The notes under the pieces: model-generated | Told to the model about the DNA's origin: nothing | Seen by the model: only the letters and a program-made list of their open reading frames with translations | Database searches by the model: none | Shown here: positions 1-11,727 of the stretch, in pieces | Layout of the letters: every line of letters begins with the position of its first letter | How positions within the stretch are numbered: the stretch's first letter is position 1 | Translations under genes and position numbers: made by a program | From: Eledone cirrhosa | Lineage: Eukaryota | Length of the DNA stretch: 64,000 nucleotides | Direction: 5' to 3' | NCBI GenBank assembly: GCA_964016885.1 | Contig: OZ024740.1 | Span: forward strand, 429,598,001 to 429,662,000

Positions 1-726
1 GGACGGATGCATGATAATGCGTTCCGTTCTGCAGGGGGTCACCGAGTGCTTAATAGCGAGGGCCTCGGTTTTGAACAGTACCGAGATGGTACCGAACTGT
101 TTGCCTCTTGCTTTGTACTCTATGTTACTTCCGATGTACTCCAAAGCAGCCTCTACCTCTGCTTGGCTCGCAAGTTCCACTTTTCGTGTCTGCATCGAAA
201 TACATCGAAAGAACACCGTCCTCCTTTGCATGGCCGCTATTGCCTCGTCCGGGATGGTGAGGTTTGCCCAGGACTTCTCCCGTTTAATTAGCCTCCACGC
301 TTTGGCCAACTGTTCGTCTTTATCGCTAATATCAATATCAATATTCAATAAGCGCTTTGTTTTTGCTGCTGCTGCAGCAAATGTGGTGTTTCTGATGCTC
401 TTATTGTTGTTGTTGTCATTCTTGCTGTTGTTATTGGTGTTGCCACCACCATCCTTGTTTACATTGAAGCTGTCGGTGTTATTGTCGTTATTGCTCTGAG
501 TTGTTGTTGTGGTGGTGGTGGTGGCGGTGGCGGTGATGTCGTTTCCAGATGATACTGCTGCTATCACAGAAGGTTGTGACGGTAGCTTTTGAGTTTTGCC
601 TTCACATTCAGTAGAGTGGATGACAGGCATGACTGTAGCCGTCGTAGTCGTGGGGAAATCTACAGTGGCTGCCTTTAAACTTCTGACCTGAACGTTGTTT
701 ACCGTTTCAAGGTCGAAAATTTCCAT
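1..726 (-). CDS. N-terminal part of a putative LINE ORF1 (gag-like, possibly RRM-containing) protein; runs off the left edge
   Basis: ATG at 726, then 242 stop-free codons to position 1 (absent from the ORF track because there is no stop in the window). Translation: MEIFDLETV...TTFAAAAAKTK...RRTVFFRCIS...EVEAALEYIG...GKQFGTISVLFKTEALAIKH. The low-complexity N-terminus, FAAAA motif and RRM-like pattern are typical of LINE ORF1. Confidence 0.6.
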   Translation of the reverse strand, partial: MEIFDLETVNNVQVRSLKAATVDFPTTTTATVMPVIHSTECEGKTQKLPSQPSVIAAVSSGNDITATATTTTTTTTQSNNDNNTDSFNVNKDGGGNTNNNSKNDNNNNKSIRNTTFAAAAAKTKRLLNIDIDISDKDEQLAKAWRLIKREKSWANLTIPDEAIAAMQRRTVFFRCISMQTRKVELASQAEVEAALEYIGSNIEYKARGKQFGTISVLFKTEALAIKHSVTPCRTERIIMHPS

Positions 727-951
727 AATTTTCTTTTGGTGGGGAAGTGATTTTTTTCGAAGTTTTTAAAAATAAATCTGAATATTCGGGCTTAAAGCCC
801 GAATATTGAGAGGTATCCCTCTCTTTAAATCAAGATGTGTACCTTAAGTTTCGTTAACGACAAGAAAATACAAAAAATGACACTTTAAAACAGCTTAAAG
901 TTACGAACCTTTTCCCCCGCAGATTTGTACTGTCTTCACACATGTGCGGTC
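1..951 (-). mobile_element. 5' end (UTR + ORF1) of a non-LTR retrotransposon, clade unresolved (L1/Tx1-like possible)
   Basis: About 225 bp of putative UTR between the ORF start and a (TAA)n tract. Perfect 12-bp hairpin AATATTCGGGCT-TAA-AGCCCGAATATT at 781-807. Confidence 0.5.

Positions 952-990
<39 letters not shown>
952..990. repeat. (TAA)n microsatellite
   Basis: Direct reading. Confidence 0.95.
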
Positions 991-993
<3 letters not shown>

Positions 994-1203
994 GGGATGG
1001 TTAAAGAAAATCGGCCCCTTCACGCTTTTTGGAACGCTTCAAAAGGCATGCTTGCTTGAAACAGCAAGAACCCTCCGATACGTCCTGAATATCTGAGGCT
1101 GCAGGTAGTGGCTTGATATTCAATCCAACGGACTTTCCAGTTAACCAACATCAATGACTGAGATTCAAGGAATAACAACAATAATAATAATAATAATAAT
1201 AAT
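991..1203 (+). mobile_element. R4/Dong-type non-LTR retrotransposon, extreme 3' stub with (TAA)n tail
   Basis: Encodes GWLKKIGPFTLFGTLQKACLLETARTLRYVLNI*; near-identical to 1558-1750. Confidence 0.8.
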
Positions 1204-1750
1204 TGATCCACTGGCACCTATGCAAAGTAAACAATTTACCACATTCTGAGAAGTGGTATGAGCATAAGCCAGAGTCGGTGATAGAAAACGATCAGGTGAA
1301 GGTGCTGTGGGATTTTAGGATACAGACGGACAAGAAACTGGAATACAATAGACCTGACCTGGTGGTTTTGGACAAGGAAAAAAGATCGTGCCTGATTGTG
1401 GATGTGGCCTGCCCATTCGACACGAGTGTGTAAGAGAAGGAGAGGGAGAAAATTAACCGATACCAGGACTTAAAGTGGGAGGTAAAAAGGATTTGGAACT
1501 GCCATGAAGTCAAAGTGATTGTCATAGGCGCACTAGGTACTATCTCAAAAAGTTTCCAGGGATGGTTAAAGAAAATTGGCCCCTTCACGCTTTTTGGAAC
1601 GCATCAAAAGGCATGCTTGCTGGGAACAGCAAGAACTCTCCGATACATCCTGAATATCTGAGGTGAGGTTGCAGGTAGTGGCTTGATATTCATTTCAACA
1701 AACTTTCCAGTTAAATAACATCAATGACTGAGACTCAAAGAACAATAATA
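1204..1750 (+). mobile_element. R4/Dong-type retrotransposon 3' fragment (restriction-like endonuclease domain), pseudogenised
   Basis: IHWHLC...WYEHKPESVIEND..KVLWDFRIQTD..NRPDLVV..LIVDVACPFD (stop) EKI.RYQDL..VIGALG..QKACLLGTARTLR, i.e. PD-(D/E)xK REL motifs. Confidence 0.9.
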
Positions 1751-1769
1751 CACTATTAATAATTATTAA

Positions 1770-2050
1770 TGCACTCGTGCAATGCCTGTGCGTGACCAAT
1801 ATTTTTAAAGTGAGGAAAGACTGTGCACTGAGCCAATCCCACTCTTTGAGCGACAGTAGCTATAACCCGAAAAGAAGAAAAGATAAACATCATCCGTAAC
1901 TACTGCCCGCAGGTTTTATGTCGGAGTTAACCCAGTTTCCTGAGATGCCTTCTCCTAGAAGAATGCCCTGACAAGGGCTAGGGGTTCTTCACTCCCAGTG
2001 GTTTAACTTCGCGATCGGTCATCCAGCCCGATTATTTCTATGTCCCGCGC
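1770..2050 (-). mobile_element. RTE-derived non-autonomous element, family C (partial)
   Basis: Homologous to 47800-48071 and 54085-54352; carries the GCCTTCTCCTAG..TGCC..ACAAGGGCT block that resembles RTE 5' UTRs. Confidence 0.6.
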
Positions 2051-2339
2051 AAAAAAAAGAAAAAAAAAAAATCACTTATTGACACTTATACGTACGACAT
2101 ACACACACGCGCATACATACGCGCGCATACACACGCATACATATGCGCGCACACAGCAACACTCATACATACAAACAAACACACACACGCTACTCTACTC
2201 ACTTACACGCACACACACATATAATATATATATTACCGTCATTACTGATACAAGATTACAAGATTATGTCAACTGTTGACATTCAAGAGTTTGTATAGTT
2301 GAAGCCGATCGTACTACAGTCCAGTATTATTATAATTAC

Positions 2340-2492
2340 TTTACAGCATAGAGCTATGGCTCTCCACGCTCTGAGCTTAAATGCCGCCGAGGTCAACCTT
2401 GCCTTTCATCCCCACGGAGTCAACAAAGAGTACCAGTAATGCGCTGGACCAGTCCCTGGATCCGTGCCAAAAGCAGAAAAATTATTATTATT
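2340..2492 (+). mobile_element. tRNA-derived SINE, degenerate
   Basis: GCCGAGGTCAACCTTGCCTTTCATCC...GTACCAGTAATGC...GTGCCAAAAGCAGAAA shared with about 10 other copies in the window. Confidence 0.75.
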
Positions 2493-2572
2493 AAAGTTGT
2501 TTTCTTAAAGCCCGGCCGCTGGTGATGGCGGTGGTGGTGGCAGTTGATGTTGTTGTTGTGTTGTGTGCGTAT

Positions 2573-2611
<39 letters not shown>

Positions 2612-3016
2612 TACATACACACACACACATACCCACACACACATACAGACACACACATTCACACAGACATAGATACATACATACACACATATACACAAGT
2701 CTGTCAATCCCAGAAATATCCCCTCAGTGGGATGGTACAGATGGAGGTATACATTATCAGCCATGTATTTATCATTAGTAACCAATACCCAAGTAGAAAC
2801 ACAGCTTTACACAGCTTCTAAATCTTATAAACAACTGAGTGCTGTGTGCCAGAGGTCGTTGGGAAGCCGGGCTGCTAATATATACGACTGGATATACACT
2901 CCTACACAAATATCTATACATATAAACACAGCTATAAATAGTTTGATCTCTTCTTCATTGATACCCGAGTCAGCTGATGGATAACGTGTTGGGTTAAAAT
3001 ATCGTAATAGTGTTTT

Positions 3017-3068
<52 letters not shown>

Positions 3069-3092
3069 GTATACACAATCACACACACACAC

Positions 3093-3136
<44 letters not shown>

Positions 3137-3140
<4 letters not shown>

Positions 3141-3811
3141 TTGCGAGGTTTTTTATATGAAATCGTGTGTCGAAACAGATATTGTTATATTTGGGGAGGA
3201 TCATATTTGCGTAATATTGCCAGAATTAATAACAGAACACACTCACTGTTTGGTTGGTTTTCGCTTCTCGCTGTCTTTTATATATATATATCTGCGATCT
3301 AACTTACTCGGTCCTCAATGTTGCCATTGACTGACCGGCGGTCAAAAATAAAATAATACAGATACAATATAGACAAACACATATATATATAGTTTACATA
3401 AATCTTTCGTTGCACATCTGCAACATCGTCAGTGGTGTTATATTCATTGTTCCTCCTGTTGTGTTGTATGTCTACGCCATTTTTTTTTTTTGTTGTTTTA
3501 AAAAAAAAAATGGCGTAGACATACAACACAACAGGAGGAACAATGAATATAACACCACTGACGATGTTGCAGATGTGCAACGAAAGATTTATGTAAACTA
3601 TATATATATGTGTTTGTCTATATTGTATCTGTATTATTTTATTTTTGACCGCCGGTCAGTCAATGGCAACATTGAGGACCGAGTAAGTTAGATCGCAGAT
3701 ATATATATATAAAAGACAGCGAGAAGCGAAAACCAACCAAACAGTGAGTGTGTTCTGTTATTAATTCTGGCAATATTACGCAAATATGACCCTCCCCAAA
3801 TATAACAATAT
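3137..3811. mobile_element. Penelope-like pseudo-LTR arranged as an inverted repeat with ~310-bp arms
   Basis: 3179-3491 is the reverse complement of 3500-3811. The sequence matches the 3' region of the PLE at 42860-43210 and 51020-51370. Flanked by (TA)n. Confidence 0.85.
3551..3615 (+). ncRNA. Hammerhead-like motif in PLE pseudo-LTR
   Basis: CTGACGA-T-GTTGCA/GATG/TGCAAC-GAAA; stems I and III are imperfect. Also at about 3385-3440(-), 37913-37972(-), 43120-43180(-) and 51061-51125(+). Confidence 0.5.
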
Positions 3812-3924
3812 ATATATATATATATATTTAAAAGTTAAACAAGGTTCAATGAATACATCAAAGAAAGAGTTTTACAATAGATTTGAAGCACTCAACATTT
3901 AAAAGGGTTTCCAGAGTTATTAAT

Positions 3925-4260
3925 ATTAATTCCAAATATTAACAAAATAGATATTCTTGTGATTAGTTATATTTTATTATACATATTTCAGAGGTACTGG
4001 GTTAAGTTCAACAGTACGTCCTCATCAGATAAAATAAGATGATGCATGAAATACCCTCACATAGTAGATGGTTAAGATGGTTAAGATGTTACTACCATGA
4101 CTGAATCTTAACCATCTACTATGTCAGGGTATGTCATGAATCATCTTATTTTATCTGATGAGGACGTAGTGTTGAACTTAACTCAGTACCTCTGAAATAT
4201 GTATAATAAAATATACTTGATCACAAGAATATCTATTTTGTTAATATTTGGAATTAATAT
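3925..4260. mobile_element. Fold-back PLE-like terminal fragment with a hammerhead on each arm
   Basis: About 3925-4078 is the imperfect reverse complement of about 4105-4260. Confidence 0.75.
4147..4213 (+). ncRNA. Minimal type I hammerhead ribozyme candidate
   Basis: Stem I TATTTTAT/ATAAAATA, core CTGATGA...GAAA, short stem III ATA-TG-TAT, predicted cleavage after about 4205. Mirror copy at 3970-4036(-). Confidence 0.75.
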
Positions 4261-4313
4261 TTATATACATACATACATACATACATACATACATACATAC
4301 ATACATACATACA

Positions 4314-4347
<34 letters not shown>

Positions 4348-4396
4348 CACACATACATATATATATATATATATACATACATATATATATATATAT

Positions 4397-4447
<51 letters not shown>

Positions 4448-4544
4448 GAAAAATTGAACGGGAACAAAACAGAGAGGCAGTACAACAAATGTTTATTAAT
4501 TTCACGCTCTTGAGAGTGGGGTGGTGGTGGATACATATACATAT

Positions 4545-4578
<34 letters not shown>

Positions 4579-4754
4579 ACATATACATATACATATATAT
4601 ACATATACATATATATATATATACATATATATACATATACATATATATACATACATACATATATATACATATATATATATATACATATACATATATATAC
4701 ATATACATATATATACATATACATATATATACATACATACATATATATACATAC

Positions 4755-4807
<53 letters not shown>

Positions 4808-4823
4808 CATATATATATATATA

Positions 4824-5160
4824 TTTCGTTTCTGAATTTGTTTAGCAAGATTCTTTATCTGAAATCGTGTGTTGAAACCGATATTGTTATACTTTGGGAG
4901 GGTCATGTTGCCAATAAGAAACACACGCACCAGTTGCTTTCACTTCAATTTATTATAATAAATTTATAATAAATTTATAAACTTATAAATTTCTGGGTGG
5001 TTGGTTGGTTCCACAACCAGATAGTTGTTTATATATTGTCATAGTTCTTTCGTCACACACTCTGTGACCTCTTCAGTGACTGGGGATTCCTTTCTTTGTT
5101 TTTGTGCCTCTCCTTTGTTCTGTCCTACGCCATTTTGTTTCTGAAACATAATTTCACCCA
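4824..5160 (-). mobile_element. PLE pseudo-LTR relative with hammerhead-like core
   Basis: TGAAATCGTGTGTTGAAACCGATATTGTTATACTTTGGGAGGGTCAT matches the PLE end. The minus strand has CTGAAGA-G-GTCAC/AGAGTGT/GTGAC-GAAA at about 5045-5075. Confidence 0.6.
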
Positions 5161-5370
5161 AATTGTAGGAATCCTATAATAAAAAGAGACGTCCGTCTGG
5201 GAAGAGATATATTCGATATGTCTCATGAAATAATACAGCCAATTTTCCACGCAATACTTTTAGTTAGCACCCCGAACGCTTAATTAGGAATATAATCACT
5301 TATTTCCTAATGTTTGTTGAGTGAGTTGGAATTTGGCCGGAGTATCGCTAAAAAGCTTTCTCCGATATTG

Positions 5371-5446
<76 letters not shown>

Positions 5447-5480
5447 TAATAAATGGAAACTATATTTATAAAACCATATT

Positions 5481-5546
5481 TATTTTATTATACATATTTC
5501 AAGGGCAACCAAGGCAAATTACGGTGCGCTTTCATCAGATAAAATA
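5481..5546 (-). ncRNA. Minimal type I hammerhead ribozyme candidate in a PLE-like fragment (5440-5770)
   Basis: TATTTTAT-CTGATGA-...-GAAA-TATGTATA-ATAAAATA; partial inverted copy at 5613-5680. Confidence 0.7.
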
Positions 5547-5789
5547 CAGATTTGTTTTCTAAATAAATATTGACATACCCGGAAAAAAAGACAACCTTAA
5601 CGGTTGGAGCTTCCCTTGAAATATGTATAATAAAATAAATATGGTTTTATAAATATGAGTTTCCATTTGTTAATATATTGTGTATTTACTCCACTAAATT
5701 GTTGGGTGCTTTATATCAGTTATAACTTTTTTTAAGCTTGTTGAATCCCAACAAATTAAATATAACCTCTGCATATATATATACAATGT

Positions 5790-5932
5790 CCATTACAAGC
5801 TGAGGATCCGCTAAGGTGAAACAATTGTTCTCGGTATGGTGAACTAACTGTTGTGTAACCACTTCTACCTAACTCGTCCCATGGACTGAGTGCTCTACCA
5901 CTACGGATATTACCTTCCAGTGTTCTACCACT
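5790..5932 (+). mobile_element. PLE-like terminal fragment with hammerhead-like core
   Basis: CTGAGGA-TCCGCTAAGGT-GAAA-CAATTG-TT-CTCGG; homologous to 46995-47200 and 53284-53490. Confidence 0.6.
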
Positions 5933-6164
5933 ATATATATATATATATATATACATTATATATATATATATACATTATATATATATATATATATAATGCC
6001 GGCGAAACAATTGTAACACGCAATAAATTAAGTCCAAATGCATCACTGATTTTTCGTTTTCTTTATACTATCTACTCTACTCTGCTGAATATCGAGTGCT
6101 AATTTTGGCATACCGCCTATGGAAGCACCATAGCTACCATTATACACAAATATATATATATATA

Positions 6165-6357
6165 ACGAAAGCGGTGTGGTAAGGAACCAGATGGACCATA
6201 ACGCACTAGAGTACTCAATACTTAGGGTAGAGAGTGGGTAATAGGAAAATGGTTCACCCCGACGGCAGAGCTCAAGCCGCTTCGACGGCTATTTCTAGTC
6301 CAGAAATAGCCGTCGAAACGGCTTGAGCTCTGCCGTCGGGGTCAAACATTTTCCTAT
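6165..6357. mobile_element. Short (TA)n-embedded repeat with ~55-bp-arm hairpin (probable PLE terminus)
   Basis: Hairpin at 6242-6356. Family also at 6815-6940, 37165-37360, 37455-37625, 42372-42565, 42663-42832 and 58098-58255. Confidence 0.65.
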
Positions 6358-6417
6358 ATATATATATATATAGTGACGAAACATAAGTCAATTGCATGAA
6401 CTCATAATCCTTTATTT

Positions 6418-6478
6418 ACTGTTATATATATTTCGATGATAGCCATTGAATGGTTATGACCTCATCAGGCAGTTAGTC
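6418..6478 (-). ncRNA. Hammerhead-like motif
   Basis: Minus strand ACTGC-CTGATGA-GGTCATAACCATTCAATGGCTATCATC-GAAA-TATATATA-ACAGT; stem I has a mismatch next to the core. Confidence 0.45.
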
Positions 6479-6531
6479 AGTTCTTAGATATGCCAGCTCT
6501 GTGTTATGGTGTTGATGGTATCAGAGCCTTG

Positions 6532-6610
<79 letters not shown>

Positions 6611-6935
6611 ATCATGTATATTATGTATCATATACACAGACCAGTATTCTGATGACTTGGTCGGGTATCGTCTGTAATTAAAATCGAGTGACGTGACTTC
6701 TAATGATCAGCGATTTTTAGACCCACCGGACTAATGAAACAATTGTTAATACTTTAAATAAACCCTATGGTACAGCCAACCACGTTATTATTCACTCTTT
6801 TACTATATATATATAACAAAGGAATTGTAGTAAGGAACCAGATGGACCATAACGCACCAGAGTACTCAATAATTAAGATAGTCCAGAAATAGCCGTTGAA
6901 ACTGCTTGAGCTCTGCCGTCGGGGTCATACCTTTT

Positions 6936-6974
<39 letters not shown>

Positions 6975-7182
6975 CTTGATTCTTTCTTCCTCACTTTTCG
7001 TTGCTTCACCTTCTTTGTTTGCTTACACTCTCGTGTCCCCTTTATTTACGTGTCCCAACGACTTTTTTTAGCCGTTGCTCGCACCAACCGGAGGTATATG
7101 GTCTTTAAAGCGATGAAATACCAATGATGGTTGGAAGATCACTGATGAAGGACTAACTTTATTCATATATATATATATATAT

Positions 7183-7389
7183 ATGTAAGTTATCGCCGTA
7201 TTTTGACTAAAGAAATTAAAGAAATTATTTAGCCTGATAGTGGGGTTAAGAACCCTCGGAGAAATGGAAAAAGATGAGTATTGACGTACAATACTCATCT
7301 TTTTCCATTTCTCCGGGGGTTCTTAACTCCACTATCAGGCTAAATAATTTCTTTAATTTCTTTAGTCAAAATACGGCGATAACTTACAT
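7183..7389. repeat. Near-perfect palindrome, ~100-bp arms, ~5-nt loop
   Basis: ATGTAAGTTATCGCCG...GAGTATTG-ACGTA-CAATACTC...CGGCGATAACTTACAT. Confidence 0.9.
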
Positions 7390-7859
7390 TTCTAATAATT
7401 TCAAACCCACTCGCTGTTTCGAAAATATTCTTACTTGATATATATATATATAAACTTTTAAAAATATATATTAACAAAGTGAGGACACGACAACGAACGG
7501 AAACAAGGCAAAACGGAAAACAATTTTTAAAGGGGTACCTTAACAAATTAATTTCAGAAATAAAAATATAAACGAAGGACACAGAACTCCAGTGTCATCG
7601 GCCGTTGAGATCGACTTTAGCAGTTTCGACCCTTACCCACAGTACTGCTGGTCCACCCTGGGTCACAGCATCGTCTGACATAAGCCAAACTCTGTCCAGT
7701 AGAGTATGAGACAAGAGACATCGGTGGGCTTCGAATTGGGAGTGCCAGAATAACAAACCCTGCGAAGCTGTAACTCATGTCTGTCTCAAGCCAGGAGGCT
7801 GGTCAGACTGGTGCTTATCTCAGTTTCATTATCTCAAGTGACAGAGAGTACAAGACCCC

Positions 7860-8036
7860 GTTCCTGGACAGGACGCCCGTCCATCACAGGGTTAAACTCC
7901 CAGTGCGTATACTGGAGCAACATGAAATGAAGTGTTTTGTTCAAAAACACAACACACAACTCAGTTCAGGAATCAAACCCACGAAATTGTGATCGTATGT
8001 CCAACACCCTTACCACCAGGCCACGCGCCTCCACAA
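7860..8036 (-). mobile_element. tRNA-derived SINE (second family)
   Basis: Minus strand head GGAGGCGCGTGGCCTGGTGGTAAGG (A box) ... GGTTTGATTCC (B box), then GTTGTGTTTTTGAACAAAACACTT and ACCCTGTGATGGAC blocks. Confidence 0.7.
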
Positions 8037-8596
8037 AGTTCTAAATAATATGTTATTATTTAAGCAGGAGATGTTTGATAGAGATAGAGATCTCCATATA
8101 CACGCACCCTCATATATATATATTTCAGAGAGATAGACATCTACTTATACATTCATCCTCATACATGAGAGAGAGATATAGAGTTCTCCATACACGCGCT
8201 GCTTATATATGTCTATATTTATGACGTTAGATAATGAGATGTCTTTGACAATAGCACCAGTTTTTACAATCTGAAATCTCAGAAAACAAAGGCAGATTTG
8301 TTCTAAACAAAGAGATAGTCTGTCTACGGTATCACATGGAACTAATGATGGAGCCTCTACCTCGGCCTGATAGAAATAGCAAACAAATCTCCTTGAACTC
8401 AACAACCCAGCCGTCTTAAAAACGCATTCTTAAATTGATAAATATTATATTAGATAAATAAAATTAGATGGCCACAGCCGAAAACACGACTTTTGACCAT
8501 AGGTCTGCTTCATTCAGGATGACCCAGCGTTAAACAAACAACTGCATAAAATTTAAACACGTTATTTATATTAGTATATGTTTAATAAAATAATAT

Positions 8597-8758
8597 AGTT
8601 TCTACTTTTCGAACAAGGCCAGCGATTACCCCAGTGCATCACTGGTACTTTATTTTATCGACCCCGTATGGATTTGAACTCAGAACACAAAGGGCCGTAA
8701 CTCTATGCTGCAAAGCATGGTGTCTGACGCTCTACCGATACTGCCAAATCACCGCCCT
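8597..8758 (-). mobile_element. tRNA-derived SINE
   Basis: A box TGGCAGTATCGG, B box GAGTTCAAATCC, conserved GGGGTCGATAAAATAAAGTACCAG. Confidence 0.85.
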
Positions 8759-9467
8759 TAATAAAATAATATGACAGCCATTTTGTTTTGTTTTTTCTTA
8801 ACTATTTTAAGATCGCTGAATTAAGTATTTATTTTTGGTTGATGTTTAATCCCAGGTCAGCTCCTATAGTTAAAGGTATTTGTTTAGTGATCATATTCTC
8901 TCTGTTTTTATATGAAGTCTTACGTTGTCCAATTTAACCGTCTATGGTGTGTGATTTGAGAGAAAGTTAGCTACTCTTTCTAGCATGTCAAGCGATTACG
9001 TAGATTCTTTATCGTTAGCTCGAGAATACATCTACAGGATTACTTGGGGTTATTTGAAAGTTATCACAATGCCATATCTTTCTTCATGTCGAATCATTGT
9101 AAAGATTGGCTCCCAACGAGACAGGTATAGGCGCCACTAGAATCTACTCTCAATGGCGCTCACAATAAAGTTCCTCATTAGCTGAAAATTGGTTCTAAGA
9201 TAAGCATAAAAGCAAGTAATTTCATATAATGAAGAAGGCTTTCTTGCAACATTCATGTTTTTCCCATTATCATTTTCACAAATGAAGTTGAACCGGCTTA
9301 AGTATCCAAGTAACTTAGACCTTACCACTACTGCAGGTGATACTTCACATTAAACACATTACAATTAACAATCACCATCCTCCATTTTCCTCGCGTGTTT
9401 TTGTTGTTAGAAACTTATTCTTTAATATATGTGCAGGAATGGTTTCATTGCATACATAGCCTGGTTT

Positions 9468-9622
9468 CAGGTATGGCCATGTGGTTAAGAAGTCTGCTTC
9501 ACAGTCATATGGTTGGGAATTCGATACAACTGCTCCGTAATTAGTGCAAGTGTAACCATAGCCTCAGGTCGATTGAATCCTTATGAAAGTGAAATTAGGT
9601 TGATGAAAACTGTACAAGAGTT
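9468..9622 (+). mobile_element. tRNA-derived SINE (third family, degenerate)
   Basis: GGTATGGCCATGTGGTTAAGAAGTCTGCTTC...GCAAGTGT..CATAGCCTC...GAAAACTG; related to the SINE flanking 55875-57030. Confidence 0.6.
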
Positions 9623-9673
9623 ATACAGATAGGTTGTATCTGTTCTTGAGTTGTATGTTTAATCTGTTGCCAG

Positions 9674-10036
9674 GTTTAACCTCTCCATCTAACCCTGGGT
9701 CCCTTTGGTAGTTAAATCCTCCATCTAACCATGGGTCCCTTTGGTAGTTTAACCCCTCCACCTAACCCTGGGTCCCTTTGGTAGTTAAATCCTCCATCTA
9801 ACCATGGGTCCCTTTGGTAGTTTAACCCCTCCACCTAACCCTGGCTGTCTTTGGTAGTTTAACCCCTCCACCTAACCCTGGGTCCCTTTGGTAGTTAAAT
9901 CCTCCATCTAACCGTGGGTCCCTTTGGTAGTTTAACCCCTCCACCTAACCCTGGCTGTCTTTGGTAGTTAAATCCTCCATCTAACCCTGGGTCCCTTTGG
10001 TAGTTTAACCCTCCATCTAACCCTGGCTTCCTTTGG
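9674..10036. repeat. 36/37-bp minisatellite, about 10 units, largely alternating variants
   Basis: GTTAAATCCTCCATCTAACCATGGGTCCCTTTGGTA alternating with GTTTAACCCCTCCACCTAACCCTGGGTCCCTTTGGTA. Confidence 0.9.
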
Positions 10037-10493
10037 CAGAGTCTATTGTAAACATTCCGACTTGATCTCTGATAACCTGATATCTCAATGCACAGCTTCC
10101 ACCTGTAGCAACCCATGAGTTGGGATTTCGTTCCCTCTTTTCAACCCTCAAGTCTGAGTGACACTACAAAAGAAGATTATGGGAGTTGCCCTTCCTTCTC
10201 TTACTAAAACATAGAAATATCAAATAAATATTCCTCTTTAAAGAGATTAATGAGAGATTTTGAAACAAATCTTACTTTTATTTCTAAACTCCTTAAAATA
10301 TCAAGTATATAACTTTGATATCAATAAAACCTGTCTAACAATTTCAGTGTGAAAACTGATGCCACGGCTTTAAGCCTCATCCACCACCACCACCACCATC
10401 ACTACCACTATCTATATATATATATATTTATATACATATATATGCATATAGACATATATATGTATATATATAAATATATACATATATATGTAT

Positions 10494-10532
<39 letters not shown>

Positions 10533-10672
10533 AATATATGTATATATATGTGTATATGTATGTGTATATATATATATATGGATATATATGTATGTGTATG
10601 TGTATGTGTATATGTGTGTATGTGTCTGTATGTGTTTATGTGTACATATATGTATGTGTATGTGTATGTATG

Positions 10673-10749
<77 letters not shown>

Positions 10750-10850
10750 ATGCCTCTCTCTTTATATGTGTATATATATATAGATGTATGTGTGTATGTG
10801 TGTGTGTGTATGCATGTATGTGTGAACGGAGGGGTATATATACAGACATA

Positions 10851-10893
<43 letters not shown>

Positions 10894-11102
10894 ACGTGCG
10901 TATGTGTGTGTGTGAGTGTGTGTATGTGTGCATGTATGTGTATATATGTACATTTAGTTATGTATCTTTATGTGTGTATATGTATGTATATGTATGTATG
11001 TATATGTATGTATATATGTATATATATATATATATATATGAGTGTGTGTATATATATGTATATATGTGTGTGTGTATATGTGTGTGTATGTGTATATGTA
11101 TG

Positions 11103-11135
<33 letters not shown>

Positions 11136-11419
11136 ATGTGTATGTGTATGTGTATGTATATATGTATATATATACCCATGTGGAGGTATGAGTACATATT
11201 CGTGTGTGTACGTATGTATATGTGTGTTTTTATATGTGTCTCTATATGTTTTTGTGTATGTATGTGGATGTATTTGTGCATGGGTGTGTGATTGATGGTG
11301 TGTGCCTATATATTCCTACATATGCCCGTGTGTGTATGTACGTATATGCGCACATATGTGTGTGTTGAACAAAGGACTAATGTTGTTATGAGATGCGAGT
11401 TTGATATTTGTTGTGGGTG

Positions 11420-11702
11420 GGCAATGATGATATAATATTTTCCACATCATACAGATAATGTAGTGCATATGGCGGCGTTGGAGCTTTTCTAATCGACCCC
11501 AATAGTCAAGGCCTGTCATGCCATCTATTTTTTTCGTGATTGACCTTTGAGGAACTTTAATTTTCATGATACTTTGTTTTGTGTGGGGAGACAACAGCGG
11601 ACAACAGTATTCAAGGTAGAGTCGGGCAAAAGTGGAGAAGAGAAGGATAATGGTGTGGATACCTCTCGACTGAAAAGTTCTGAGATTCAAGGAACACATC
11701 AT
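11420..11702 (-). mobile_element. CR1-type LINE ORF2 C-terminal fragment
   Basis: LRTF.SR..LEYCCPLLSP...QRSITKKIDGMTGLDYWGRLEKLQRR..YII..MWKI. Confidence 0.8.
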
Positions 11703-11727
11703 GTGGGCCATATATATATATATTAAT

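Noticed and set aside
7600-7685. Hammerhead-like motif on the minus strand (GACCC/GGGTC-GAAA-CT..AG-TC)
   Set aside because: The core reads CAGACGA rather than CTGANGA and stem I does not pair.
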